Shown here: positions 51,267 to 62,314 of the stretch, in pieces
Layout of the letters: each line of letters opens with the position of its first letter
How positions within the stretch are numbered: position 1 is the stretch's first letter
Made by a program: the position numbers and the translations under genes
Assembly (NCBI GenBank): GCA_013334825.1
Contig: JAAXWR010000001.1
Location: 75,769-139,768 of the forward strand
DNA: 64,000 nucleotides
DNA from: Candidatus Yonathbacteria bacterium
Lineage (GTDB): Bacteria > Patescibacteriota > Minisyncoccia > Phycocordibacterales > JACNGX01
Direction: 5' to 3'
The notes under the pieces: generated by a model
What the model was told of the DNA's origin: nothing
The model's database searches: none
The model's input: the letters and a program-made list of their open reading frames with translations, nothing else

Positions 51267-52598
51267 ATGATATCTTTACATACGTTCTCTCTTTTTTCAC
51301 GTCCGCGTACGCGCATAGTCGGATATCTATCTCTTGTAGCACTTATTATTGTGGGAACATGGGATATGCGTATTGTTGACGCGCAACTGACGCCCGAACG
51401 TAAAGCACAACTTGAAGCAGAACTTGCGCAAATTGAAAAAGAAATTGCTACGCAAAAAAGTATTCTTGGCGCAAAGCAACAAGAAAAGGTTTCACTTGAG
51501 CGTGATGTCGCGATTCTTGACGCGGAGATTAAAGAAGCACAACTATCTATTCGTGCTCGCGATCTGTCCATTCAAAGTCTTACGGGGGAGATTGGACAGA
51601 AGGGTGAAGTTATTGGTTTGTTATCTGATAAACTTTCTCGCGAAAAAGAATCTCTCGCGCGACTCATTAAAAAAACAGATGAGCTTGATTCATTTTCTCT
51701 CGTTGAAGTGATGCTTTCCAATCGCGACTTATCGGACTTTTTTTCAGATGTTGACACGTTTGATGTGATTGAACAATCACTCTCGACATCTTTCGCGGAT
51801 ATTGAACAAACAAAATCTTATACATCTGAACAAAAAATGTCGCTTGAAGAGAAAAAGACAGAAGAAATGGAACTCCGTAAAATTCAGCAGTTGCAAAAAG
51901 CACGTATTGAAGAAAAGCGTGTTGAGCGTAACCAGGTACTCAAAGAAACAAAAGGACAAGAAAAACTCTATCAAGAGCTTCTTGCTAATAAAGAACAAAA
52001 CGCTGCCGTTATCAAGAGTGAGCTCTTCGCGATGCGCGGATCAGCAGCAATTCCTTTTGGACAAGCCCTTGATTATGCGAAGGTGGCTTCACAGGCGACA
52101 GGTGTTCGTCCCGCACTTATTCTCGGCATCATTCGTGAAGAGACAAATCTCGGCGCCAACGTTGGTACGGGAACATGGAGTGCGGACATGCATCCAACAC
52201 GTGATGTACCAGTGTTTAAGGAAATCTGCGCAGGCTTGGGACTTAATCCTGATACGATGCCTGTTTCAAAAAAGGCATGGTATGGATGGGGAGGAGCAAT
52301 GGGTCCAGCACAATTTATTCCGTCAACATGGGTCATGTACAAGGATCGTGTCGCTGCACTGACAGGGCATAATCCGCCCAATCCATGGAATCCACTCGAT
52401 GCATTTACCGCATCGGCAGTTCTGCTGAAAGATAACGGTGCGGCAAAAGGTACTTATGCTGCTGAACGTCTCGCCGCGTTGCGATATCTTGCGGGATGGA
52501 AGAATGCAGAAAATCCATCATATGCGTTTTATGGAGATGATGTGATGGGATTTGCCACAGAATATCAACGACAAATCGATATTTTGGAAGGGAAGTAG
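51267..52598 (+). CDS. Coiled-coil lytic murein transglycosylase
   Basis: Long coiled coil; EET, GAMGPAQFIPSTW. Confidence 0.88.
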   Translation: MISLHTFSLFSRPRTRIVGYLSLVALIIVGTWDMRIVDAQLTPERKAQLEAELAQIEKEIATQKSILGAKQQEKVSLERDVAILDAEIKEAQLSIRARDLSIQSLTGEIGQKGEVIGLLSDKLSREKESLARLIKKTDELDSFSLVEVMLSNRDLSDFFSDVDTFDVIEQSLSTSFADIEQTKSYTSEQKMSLEEKKTEEMELRKIQQLQKARIEEKRVERNQVLKETKGQEKLYQELLANKEQNAAVIKSELFAMRGSAAIPFGQALDYAKVASQATGVRPALILGIIREETNLGANVGTGTWSADMHPTRDVPVFKEICAGLGLNPDTMPVSKKAWYGWGGAMGPAQFIPSTWVMYKDRVAALTGHNPPNPWNPLDAFTASAVLLKDNGAAKGTYAAERLAALRYLAGWKNAENPSYAFYGDDVMGFATEYQRQIDILEGK

Positions 52599-52694
52599 AT
52601 CCTATGCGGAATAGACGCGGAGTGTCGCTGAACCTACGCGGAATACGTATAAAAACTTGACTATCATTCTATTTTCCCCTATACTCCAAGAACT

Positions 52695-52922
52695 ATGAAA
52701 ACAGATATCCACCCGACATATTATCCTCATGCCACGGCAACGTGTGCCTGTGGCGCCACATTTGATGTAGGTTCTGTTAAAGAAACAATTGCTGTTGAAA
52801 TCTGCAGTAAATGTCATCCGTTTTATACGGGAGACGACAAGAAAGTACTTGACACTGCTGGACGTGTTGATAAATTCAAGCGTCGCATGGAAGCGGCAAA
52901 GAAGCCTGCGTCCAAGAAATAA
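52695..52922 (+). CDS. rpmE: 50S ribosomal protein L31 (Zn-binding type)
   Basis: MKTDIHP.Y, CACG, CSKCHPFYTG, GRVDKF. Confidence 0.97.
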   Translation: MKTDIHPTYYPHATATCACGATFDVGSVKETIAVEICSKCHPFYTGDDKKVLDTAGRVDKFKRRMEAAKKPASKK

Positions 52923-52991
52923 CGTGGTAATAGGAGCCGCCGCGTCCCTTCATAGGGACGCGGCGGCTCCTTCTTTGGTATACTTTATCTT

Positions 52992-53987
52992 ATGGCAGAT
53001 ATACAAGAACAACACGATATCGATATTACGGCACTTCGGGAAAACCCAAAGACGGCCTTTCTTGCGTCTGAACTTGAACGTTTGACACGAGAAGAAGAAG
53101 CAACGCGGGAACTCTTAGCTGCAGATCTATCGATGGCAGAACTTGCTGCGGAGGATTTGGCAATGATTGAGACACAACGAAAAGGACTTTTCGCGCAAGT
53201 CGCAGGGATACTCAAGGCAGATGAAGAAGAAGACCTTTTTCCGAATGAATTGATTCTTGAAGTCCGCGCGGGTGCGGGAGGGGAAGAAGCTGCGCTTTTT
53301 GCACGTGAACTTGCGGATATGTATGGGAAATATGCAGAACGAAAAGGATGGTCATTTCGTGCTCTTGATGAATCGGAAAGTGAAATGGATGGATACAAAG
53401 AGGCGTCGTTTGAAATGAAAGGTGTCGGATGTTATAAAGAACTTCGCTATGAAATGGGTGTACATCGTGTGCAGCGTATTCCCGCGACTGAAAAGCAGGG
53501 GCGTATTCATACATCAACCGCGTCTGTTGCTATCATGCCCGTGCGAAAGAAAACGAGTATTGTGATTGACCCTGCAGATTTGGAGATCGAGTTTTCTCGT
53601 TCAGGAGGCGCGGGAGGACAAAATGTAAACAAGGTAGAAACTGCTGTTCGTCTCACACATAAACCAACAGGCATTACTGTCCGGTGTCAGAGTGAACGTA
53701 CTCAATTGAAAAATCGTGAAAAAGCGCTTGGTATGCTTGCGACACGTTTACAGTCCAAAAAAGACGAAGATGACGCAAAGAAACATGCCGATACGCGTCG
53801 CGACCAAATCGGTACGGGTGACCGGTCAGAAAAAATTCGCACATATAATGTCCCTCAAAACCGTGTGACGGACCATCGTATTAAGCAGTCCTGGCACAAT
53901 ATTGAAGAGATTCTGGGAGGAGATATTACGGCTATTGTCGCAGCTTTTGAACATCCGACTATAGGCGAAGGCAATGATGATGAATAA
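52992..53987 (+). CDS. prfA: Peptide chain release factor 1
   Basis: PAT specificity motif (RIPATE), GGQ. Confidence 0.95.
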   Translation: MADIQEQHDIDITALRENPKTAFLASELERLTREEEATRELLAADLSMAELAAEDLAMIETQRKGLFAQVAGILKADEEEDLFPNELILEVRAGAGGEEAALFARELADMYGKYAERKGWSFRALDESESEMDGYKEASFEMKGVGCYKELRYEMGVHRVQRIPATEKQGRIHTSTASVAIMPVRKKTSIVIDPADLEIEFSRSGGAGGQNVNKVETAVRLTHKPTGITVRCQSERTQLKNREKALGMLATRLQSKKDEDDAKKHADTRRDQIGTGDRSEKIRTYNVPQNRVTDHRIKQSWHNIEEILGGDITAIVAAFEHPTIGEGNDDE

Positions 53988-54087
53988 AGTTATGCACAGT
54001 TTTTTGAAAAACGCTTCACAGAAGCGTTTTTTGTTTGGTATACTGAATGAAAGGTGAATATTAATAGACACATTTTTACATAATCCT

Positions 54088-57000
54088 ATGTCTGTATCCT
54101 TGAGAGTTTTTCTGCTCTCTCTCTGTCTTATTGTCTTCTCAAGTCCTATTGTAAGGGCACAAGAAACAGAATCTCTTGATTTTGATATTGCGGAAGATGC
54201 CTCTATTACGGATGTAGTAGATGATTCTTCTGTATCAAATATTTTACATACACCAAAAGATGCTGTAGTTGTTGCGTCTATTGCTGTTCATGATGCTGAA
54301 CTCATTTCACAAGAAGGAGACGTTTTGCACATAAATTTTTCTCTTTCTAATGGTGGTGAGGATGTACAACCAGATATCCGGTATGCTATTGAAGTACTTC
54401 AAATAGTTCCAGGGAAACCCTCTGGTGAGGGAAGGATTGTTGATAGAAAAATATTTGATGAAACACTCGTGTTAGATTCTGGTCAGACGATAAAACGAGA
54501 AGTTGAATATAAAGCCCCTGATGCCCTTGGTGGTGTATACGACGTGCGTGTATACGCCGAGACTGTGCGTGGTTTACCATTATCTGGAAGAACTGTTGGG
54601 ACTGTCCGTTTTCTACAAGAAGAAGGTTCGCTCATCGTTGATCCGTCATCGTGCTATTTATCTGTCGAAGGTCAGCCAACGAAATATTCTCTTTCTCAGG
54701 GAGTAGATGTGGGGATAACAGAAACGCTTGTATTGACTTGTCCAGTAAACAATAGAGGAGATAATCGTTCTGTCATTCCATATATTGAAACATATGAACG
54801 GACTGTATTTGGAAATCTTTCGACAAGTGTTCAAAGTGACACCGTGTCTCTTCCTAATGGTCTTTCCACTATTAGTTTAGTGATTCCTCTCGCAAAAAAA
54901 CCTCAATCATACGATGTAAAAGTGTCATGGAGACAAGAAGGAAGTGAAGTGGGGATTCCTGTTGTTGCACACTATGTATTGCAAGGAGATTCGGCTACTG
55001 TTCAGAACATTCGTCTTGACAAACGTTCTTATGAGAAAGGAGATGTAGCGATTGTTTCATATCTGGTTGCGGGTATCACGGATCAATTTGATGGCTCACG
55101 CGCAGGTGATAGAAATTTATCGGGCACAACAATTACATTGACAATTGCAGATGAATCAGGCGCGAGATGTGCCGATGATGCAGTGATTACACTTACCGAT
55201 ATTGATAAAGGAAGTGTGTCTGTTGGGGAAGAAAAAATAAATATAGCTCGAACATGTGAGAATGCACGTATAACGGCTTTAATTTCGGATGGTATAGGAA
55301 ATCGTCTTGATGAGTATACTGTTTCAACAGGTATGTCAGAAAGAGGGTGGTTTTTCTGGGTGACACTTTTTATTGTACTTATTCTCACAGTTGTTTTTGT
55401 TATCGTGATGAAAAAGAAACAATATATTGATTGGAAAAAACTTTTTGTAGCTGTTTTTTTCCTCGTATTAATATTGGGAGGAAAGGTTGTTTATGGAGGG
55501 GGAAATGGTCTTCCAGTGGATGAAACGCCCATTGTTGAAGATCCACTTGTAAAGACATTTTATTGTGTTACCGATCCAGAATCCGGGCGTACAACTTGTA
55601 CCAGGGCTAGTATATCAAGATCTTCTTACTTTACACAAAGTCTAATCGACCTTTCTGCAGAAAATACTCCGTGTTCTGCGTTTGCTTCTGATGGTTCCTG
55701 CTTGTATTGGCGGTGGGAAAATTCTTCGACATGGATAAACTCAGATTCCGAAGAACTTATTATTACGCCGAGTACTCCAGGAACGTATCGTCTGTATGTC
55801 GATTATGCAACATGGGAAGGGGCATTGGGCGGTAGTGATGTTCAATATTTTACTGTAACAGTGACCTCACGACCAGCAAGTGTTGGCGGAGTAACATTGA
55901 TTGAATATGGTAAACTTACTGGATCTGAGATTGTTACGTGGTTTAATATTGGTAAAAGTGACTTTTTTCCTGGAGAAACAATACATATTGAATCTCAGAT
56001 GGAAGTTGTTGCATGTCTTAACACTCCCGAAGGAGGAGTATTCTCTTTTAAGGGTCCAGAAGATTCTGATTATGCCAATCTCATTTCTTTTGATTCGACG
56101 TATACAGGAGAACATTCATGGAGTGATTTTTGGAGTGGTGTGATTACCGCTGTTCGTACGGCGCCTCTTGATATGGGACCGTATCATTTTGATTTACGGT
56201 TGGAAGCAATAGATTCAGGTTTAAAGAATACAATTGAATCAGAACGGCTTGCGGGAATTTCGACATTCAATGCGAAATCTTCATCGGATAAAACGGCCAT
56301 ACTTACACAAACGTCATATATTGTTGATACATATAATGCAAGAATTGCTGCGGGAGATTCTACATTGAATGCAGCTACCTATGTGAAGAATCATTTCATG
56401 ACCACATTCCCTCTTTCCGTCAGAAAAATTGGTAATGATTTGTATGAGGATCCTTATGACATAAGATCCTACGCAAGAACATATGGTGAATATACACCCG
56501 GAGAACGTGCGCCGTATGCTTTGAGGAGTAATTGTTTTAGATATATGAAGTATGACTGTTCTTCAGTGAGGTATCCTAGCCGTGGTATTGATGTGTGGTA
56601 TACGCAGGAAACGGGGCGTGTTGATTTCAATGTCGTTGATCCTTCTGCAAGGGTTGAAATAACAGCTGCTTCTTCCTCTGTTATATCAGGGCAATCAACG
56701 ACACTTTCATGGAATGCAGTACATGTAAATTCATGTACTGCAAGTGGATCGTGGTCAGGATCAAAAACAACTTCAGGAGCAGTTTCTACGGGACCACTTA
56801 CACAAGATGCTACATATACTATTACATGTGTATATGAAGGAGGAAGTGTGTCAGACACAGTAAATGTCTACTCTCTTGATCAGTGCGAAGATGGTCTTGA
56901 TAATGATGGTGACGGATTTATTGATTTACTCGATTTGGGTTGCGCAACGTCTGGTGACACAAACGAAACGAATCCTGCCACGGTCGAAATTGTCGCAAAC

Positions 57001-58563
57001 CCTGCTGCTGTAGCATATCTTGGTGCGACTGTGCTTACTTGGGAGTCGAAGAATTGGTATAGTTCTCTTCTTGCTCCATTTGTCGTAAACTTCCAACCAG
57101 AAAATCCTGCTGTTCTTACCGGAGCTCCTCAACAACCATATGGTGGTTCAGTAAGAAGTATTCCTGGGAGAATTCAATTTGAGGATTATGATACGGGGGG
57201 ACAGGGAGTTGCTTATAATGATACTACAAGTGTGAATTCAGGAGGAGCATATCGTACTTCCGATCGTGTTGACATAAGTTCGACGAGTGATACTGGAGGA
57301 GGATATGTTGTTGCATGGGTCGCTAGTGGTGAGTGGCTCGAATATACAGTTAATATAGCTAATCCAGGTACTTATGCACTTTCAATTCGTCTTGGTGCAA
57401 CATCATCAAATGCAAGTGCTTTGCGCCTATATGTTGATGATGTTGATATTTCTGGAGCTATAGCAGTTTCTTCAACGGGGTCTACTTCAACATATACGAC
57501 GTTGAATGTAGGAAATGTGACTCTTCCTGCAGGAAGACATGTATTGAAGATTTCTCTGAGTATGAACTCAGGAATTTCTATCAACTGGTTTGAACTTCAG
57601 CCGGTATCTGTGGGGTGGAACGCTGACACATTTGTTCTCCTTGATAACGGAACTGTCTATGGTAACAAATCTAATGGGTATACATATGGATGGAATACAG
57701 ATAATACTGTAGCAACAGTTGACCGAAATGCCAGCACTGATCAATTGGTTGATACTGCGATTCATACAAATGCACGAACGTGGAATTTTGCCGTACCAAA
57801 TGGTACATATAAGGTTACAATGAGTGCCGGAGATTTCTCGTATTATGATTCTGTGTATGTAACAAATGTCGAAGGAGTAGAAGTGCTTCGGGGAACGCCA
57901 ACTTCTGGAAATAGATTCTTTACTGCGACAAAGACAATTGATGTGTCTGATGGTATGTTGACGGTAACAAATGGCTCAGGTGCGTCGAATAATAAATTAA
58001 ACTGGATTCGTGTTGAACAGGTACCTTCAACAACTGGTATTACTTGCACAGCCTCTGGTGGTTGGTCGGGGGCAAAAGCTTCTGTAGGAACACAAACGGT
58101 TTCAAATCTCTCTGCAGATACTAACTTTACGATTACTTGTTCAAATGACGGCGGTAATGTCTCTGATAGTGCTTTCGTCGATGTCGCTCCAGGTCCTGAC
58201 TTTGGTCTTTACAATGGTGGTATGATTACGATACCGTATGGTTCAACATCAGGAACAACACGGGTGAAAGTTTCCGCACTTAATGGATTTATATCTCCAG
58301 TAACCATGTCGATTACTGGCATAAGCCCCGCATTGCCTACGGGAATATCCGTATCTCTTACGGGCTCTTCTCTCAATTCTGGAACATATGGTACAGGTTT
58401 GGTGGTGACCGCCAGAGTGTCTAATAGAGTAATAAATCCCGGTCCCTATTCAGTCACGGTTTCTGGAACCGACGGTTCTCGTACGCGTCAGACAACATTC
58501 GCACTCGATCTTTCTGCTCTTGCTGATGGAGATGCACCAGATGTAAATTATACGGAGTTTTAG
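54088..58563 (+). CDS. Large surface protein (1491 aa): conserved N-module, two internal TMs, Ig-like repeats, CBM6
   Basis: Signal peptide; CDGxDNDGDG motif; CBM6 (EDYDTGGQGVAY...GEWLEYTV). Confidence 0.85.
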   Translation: MSVSLRVFLLSLCLIVFSSPIVRAQETESLDFDIAEDASITDVVDDSSVSNILHTPKDAVVVASIAVHDAELISQEGDVLHINFSLSNGGEDVQPDIRYAIEVLQIVPGKPSGEGRIVDRKIFDETLVLDSGQTIKREVEYKAPDALGGVYDVRVYAETVRGLPLSGRTVGTVRFLQEEGSLIVDPSSCYLSVEGQPTKYSLSQGVDVGITETLVLTCPVNNRGDNRSVIPYIETYERTVFGNLSTSVQSDTVSLPNGLSTISLVIPLAKKPQSYDVKVSWRQEGSEVGIPVVAHYVLQGDSATVQNIRLDKRSYEKGDVAIVSYLVAGITDQFDGSRAGDRNLSGTTITLTIADESGARCADDAVITLTDIDKGSVSVGEEKINIARTCENARITALISDGIGNRLDEYTVSTGMSERGWFFWVTLFIVLILTVVFVIVMKKKQYIDWKKLFVAVFFLVLILGGKVVYGGGNGLPVDETPIVEDPLVKTFYCVTDPESGRTTCTRASISRSSYFTQSLIDLSAENTPCSAFASDGSCLYWRWENSSTWINSDSEELIITPSTPGTYRLYVDYATWEGALGGSDVQYFTVTVTSRPASVGGVTLIEYGKLTGSEIVTWFNIGKSDFFPGETIHIESQMEVVACLNTPEGGVFSFKGPEDSDYANLISFDSTYTGEHSWSDFWSGVITAVRTAPLDMGPYHFDLRLEAIDSGLKNTIESERLAGISTFNAKSSSDKTAILTQTSYIVDTYNARIAAGDSTLNAATYVKNHFMTTFPLSVRKIGNDLYEDPYDIRSYARTYGEYTPGERAPYALRSNCFRYMKYDCSSVRYPSRGIDVWYTQETGRVDFNVVDPSARVEITAASSSVISGQSTTLSWNAVHVNSCTASGSWSGSKTTSGAVSTGPLTQDATYTITCVYEGGSVSDTVNVYSLDQCEDGLDNDGDGFIDLLDLGCATSGDTNETNPATVEIVANPAAVAYLGATVLTWESKNWYSSLLAPFVVNFQPENPAVLTGAPQQPYGGSVRSIPGRIQFEDYDTGGQGVAYNDTTSVNSGGAYRTSDRVDISSTSDTGGGYVVAWVASGEWLEYTVNIANPGTYALSIRLGATSSNASALRLYVDDVDISGAIAVSSTGSTSTYTTLNVGNVTLPAGRHVLKISLSMNSGISINWFELQPVSVGWNADTFVLLDNGTVYGNKSNGYTYGWNTDNTVATVDRNASTDQLVDTAIHTNARTWNFAVPNGTYKVTMSAGDFSYYDSVYVTNVEGVEVLRGTPTSGNRFFTATKTIDVSDGMLTVTNGSGASNNKLNWIRVEQVPSTTGITCTASGGWSGAKASVGTQTVSNLSADTNFTITCSNDGGNVSDSAFVDVAPGPDFGLYNGGMITIPYGSTSGTTRVKVSALNGFISPVTMSITGISPALPTGISVSLTGSSLNSGTYGTGLVVTARVSNRVINPGPYSVTVSGTDGSRTRQTTFALDLSALADGDAPDVNYTEF

Positions 58564-58686
58564 AAAGGGTTGACGAAGTGGAGTTATCCACGTACCAATC
58601 GCACAAATGTGTTGAATTCGCTATAATAACAACAGTATTGCGTATACTGTCGTTATGTTATTGGATTATTTATTATACTATTTATT

Positions 58687-61314
58687 ATGATACAGCATTC
58701 TTTTCTTAGGCATCTCATTGGAATAATGACGATGATGTCCGTTGTGTTTCCAAGCACTTTTGTTTTTGCTCAGGAAATTGAAACATTTAATCTCAACGAC
58801 ATGAGTGATTTGACGATCGTTGCTACTGTCGGAGTATATAATGCACACGTCATAAGTCAAAATGACCAGTATGTGTCAGTTGCATTTGACATCGCAAATG
58901 GAGATATGGTGCAACCAGATATTCGTTATGGAGTCGAAGTGGTGAAAAAAACGACAAATGGAAGTTCGGTTATTGTCGATACTGTTGTATATGACGAAAT
59001 TGTTTCTTTGGGTGCTGGTGAGAAAGTGTCACGACAGGTGTCGTATGCGATACCTGCATATTTAAATGGTATTTATGATGTACGTATTTTGACAGAAACA
59101 GGAAAGGGACTTTCTCTTGGTGAGATGACAGCTGGGACAGTACGTTTTAGTGGTTCTTCATCTATCTCCCTTGATGTGGCTACATGTTATCTTTCTGTAG
59201 GTTCGGAAGAAGCAAGATACACACTTCGACAAGGAATAGACATACTTCCCTCTGAGATTCTTTCGGTAACATGTCAGGTGACGAATACTTCATCTGAAAA
59301 AAGTGTCGTCCCTTTATTTGAAACCTATGAAAGAAGTGTATTTGGGAATATGATTTCAAGTTCCTCTGGGGAAAGTTTTAGTATTCCAGCGGGTATTTCA
59401 AAAGTTTCTTTCCCTCTGCCTGTTTCAGATAAGCCTCAAGCATATGATGTACGTGTTTCTTTGACAGAAAACGGTAGTCCTGTCACAACACCTACTATTG
59501 TGCATTATGTCATTCAAGGAGATTCTGCAACTATTCAAAATATTCGTTTAGATAAGAAAATGTATTCTGCAGGAGAAGTTGCTACTGTTTCTTTCTTTAT
59601 CTCTGGTATGGCGGATCAATTTCCAGATTCACGTGCGGAAGAAAAATCTCTTGAACAGACGTCTCTTGTAGTGTCAATGTATGACAAAGATGGTGTTTCC
59701 TGTGGAGATCCCGTGACAGTCTCTTCTCAGGATTTGGATTTGTCTGGTGTGTCCATATCATCAGTGTCAGTACCCGTGTCCGTTACGTGTGCAGATCCAT
59801 CGGTCTCAGTGACATTAAAAGATGCATCAGGGAATACTCTTGATTCATCAATAGTCTCTACATTTATGCAAAGTCCTGAGTTTACTGCATGGATTTCACT
59901 GATTGTTGTAATAATTGCAGCGATTATCATTCTTATCCTTGTTCGTCGTGTAGGAACAAAGTCATCTCTCACCACTGTTCTTCTGCTAGGTATAATTTTT
60001 TCACCGATGCTCATTTTTGCAGGCGGAGCTGGAGATGGGGGAATAAATAGTGTGAATACTTTGAAGACAGACCCTGTAAGTACGGAAAAGGATACTACTA
60101 CTTCAACCCAAGAGACACCTCTTGTTACGAGTTTTACTGCGACAAAGAAATTTGAAACCGTCACTATTACGGTTAATGCAAATCTTAATAAACAAGAGTA
60201 TGCTCCTTATGAACCAGTTTATATTGAAGGAAAGGCGACACTGTCTCTCTGTAAAAATGACTGGCTAAATTCGGATCTTTTTTGGGCGATTGAAAGTGTC
60301 CCTGACACAACATTTCATTCGGTAAATTGTCGTTCACAAATGGATACAGATCTTTGCTCAAGTGTATCTAATCTCTTGGAAATGTCAGATGAGGATTATG
60401 AAAGAACGATTTTAGGGTATCATAAAAGTACATTTCGCGAAGATATCCGAGAAGCGATTCTTAAAATTGCTCGCATCTCGATTTCATTGAGAAATCCAGT
60501 TGCTCCTGATAAATCAAAGATAGGATCTCTTTTGTCAAAAGCAGAGTGTAGTGCTTTCTCTTATGGAGAGAGATGTAAGACTTCGACGTTGACCACATCA
60601 AAACCTGCACCAGAAGAACCAGGTATTCATCAAGCCAATGTTCATTTTTCTGGAAAAACGGGAGAGTCATTTAGAGAACTTGATCGTGGAGATGTGAAAA
60701 AAGTTTTTGAGGCAGATGGTATTTTGACATTCAGAGTAAAGGGTGGAACTACACCATCAGTTGATCTTTCGGCAATTCCTTCTGTGCTTCCCAGTGGAAG
60801 TGTTACGGATTTGAGATGGACTGTTTCTAATGCGACATCATGTACCGCAACTGCAAATCCTTCTTCGACAACATGGGAGGGTCTAAAGAGCGCTACAGGA
60901 GGTGCAGAAACATCCGTGGGTCTATATGCGGATACGATATTTACGATTACATGTACAAATGACGATTTTGTGAGCGCAACAGATAGTGTAACGGTATTTG
61001 TCACTGATTTACCAGCATGTTCTGATGGAAGAGATAATGATGGAGATGGTTGGGTTGATAATGAAGATCCTGAGTGTGTAGGAGGAGGTACTTCAGAATC
61101 AGGCATACCCGTAAGTGTTATATGTGCTGATGGAATTGATAATGATACGGATGGACAAATTGATGGAAATGATCCAGGATGTGTAGATTCATTGGATGTG
61201 GATGAATATAATGAACCAATATCTTCTGAAACAACTTCTGGAGGACAGGGAAGTGGAAGCACCTCTTCCGATGGAGATACTGATCCAGGAGATATAGATT
61301 TTAAAGAATTCTAA
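58687..61314 (+). CDS. Large surface protein (875 aa), N-terminal paralog of 54088-58563
   Basis: Shared VQPDIRY, CYLSV, ETYER.VFGN, KPQ.YDV, VHYV.QGDSAT.QNIRLDK; two CDGxDND motifs. Confidence 0.85.
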   Translation: MIQHSFLRHLIGIMTMMSVVFPSTFVFAQEIETFNLNDMSDLTIVATVGVYNAHVISQNDQYVSVAFDIANGDMVQPDIRYGVEVVKKTTNGSSVIVDTVVYDEIVSLGAGEKVSRQVSYAIPAYLNGIYDVRILTETGKGLSLGEMTAGTVRFSGSSSISLDVATCYLSVGSEEARYTLRQGIDILPSEILSVTCQVTNTSSEKSVVPLFETYERSVFGNMISSSSGESFSIPAGISKVSFPLPVSDKPQAYDVRVSLTENGSPVTTPTIVHYVIQGDSATIQNIRLDKKMYSAGEVATVSFFISGMADQFPDSRAEEKSLEQTSLVVSMYDKDGVSCGDPVTVSSQDLDLSGVSISSVSVPVSVTCADPSVSVTLKDASGNTLDSSIVSTFMQSPEFTAWISLIVVIIAAIIILILVRRVGTKSSLTTVLLLGIIFSPMLIFAGGAGDGGINSVNTLKTDPVSTEKDTTTSTQETPLVTSFTATKKFETVTITVNANLNKQEYAPYEPVYIEGKATLSLCKNDWLNSDLFWAIESVPDTTFHSVNCRSQMDTDLCSSVSNLLEMSDEDYERTILGYHKSTFREDIREAILKIARISISLRNPVAPDKSKIGSLLSKAECSAFSYGERCKTSTLTTSKPAPEEPGIHQANVHFSGKTGESFRELDRGDVKKVFEADGILTFRVKGGTTPSVDLSAIPSVLPSGSVTDLRWTVSNATSCTATANPSSTTWEGLKSATGGAETSVGLYADTIFTITCTNDDFVSATDSVTVFVTDLPACSDGRDNDGDGWVDNEDPECVGGGTSESGIPVSVICADGIDNDTDGQIDGNDPGCVDSLDVDEYNEPISSETTSGGQGSGSTSSDGDTDPGDIDFKEF

Positions 61315-61431
61315 GTTTTTTCTAGGTGTTGTGAAAGGAAGTTTATACAATACACACCCCAGTCAGGGTGTGTATTGTATAGATAGAGATGGTTGCATAA
61401 TGAGAGCGTTTCTGGTACAATCTTCGGGTAT

Positions 61432-62184
61432 ATGAATAAATCATCCATCACTGATATGTTTTCCGCAGGTGCTCATTTTGGTTATGCAAAAGCGCGCCGG
61501 CACCCGTCCATGAAGACGTTTATCTTCGGGGCGAAAAATAAGACAGAAGTTTTCGATCTTGAAAAGACCGAAAAGAAGCTTGTCGACGCATTGTCCTATG
61601 TAGCGACTCTCGCCGAAGGAGGTCGTAAGATTCTCTTTGTGGGAGGTAAACCAGAGGCAAGAAAATCGGTTACCGATGCTGCTATGGCACTCGGTATGCA
61701 CTTTGTTGCTTCACGCTGGATTGGTGGCACACTTACCAACTGGTCTGAAGTTAAGAAACGTGTCGCACGTCTTGAGGATCTTACTGATAAACGTGAAAAA
61801 GGTGAACTTGCTGTATATACCAAAAAAGAACGCCTCATGTTTGATCGTGAAATTGAAGACCTTGAAAAATCATTCGGTGGTCTTCGTGGTATGAAGGAAA
61901 TGCCCGCAGCACTCTTTGTTGTAGATCCACGCGCAGAATCAATCGCTGTTTCTGAAGCGAGTAAGAAAAAGATTCCCGTTATCGCCCTTGCGTCGTCTGA
62001 TTGTAATGCAACAGAAGTTGCATATGTGATTCCGGCAAATGATTCATCGTCAAAAAGCATTGCTCTCTTTACGGGTGAAATTGTAACAGCATACAAAGAG
62101 GCGCAAGCAAAAGCTCCTGCTAAAAATGACGAAGTAAAGAAAGAAGAAGACTCTAAAGAAGAAGTGGTAGAATCATCTATTTAA
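61432..62184 (+). CDS. rpsB: 30S ribosomal protein S2
   Basis: AGAHFG, RWIGGTLTN, IPAND. Confidence 0.97.
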   Translation: MNKSSITDMFSAGAHFGYAKARRHPSMKTFIFGAKNKTEVFDLEKTEKKLVDALSYVATLAEGGRKILFVGGKPEARKSVTDAAMALGMHFVASRWIGGTLTNWSEVKKRVARLEDLTDKREKGELAVYTKKERLMFDREIEDLEKSFGGLRGMKEMPAALFVVDPRAESIAVSEASKKKIPVIALASSDCNATEVAYVIPANDSSSKSIALFTGEIVTAYKEAQAKAPAKNDEVKKEEDSKEEVVESSI

Positions 62185-62314
62185 GCATAGAGACAACATT
62201 GTTTCTGCATCACACGTTTGTTTTTAAGAAGGGAGTGTTGCTATATAAATATTTTTTATACTAACCTCCTCATTTACTAACCTCCTAACTTCCTAATTTC
62301 CTAACCTCCTATTT

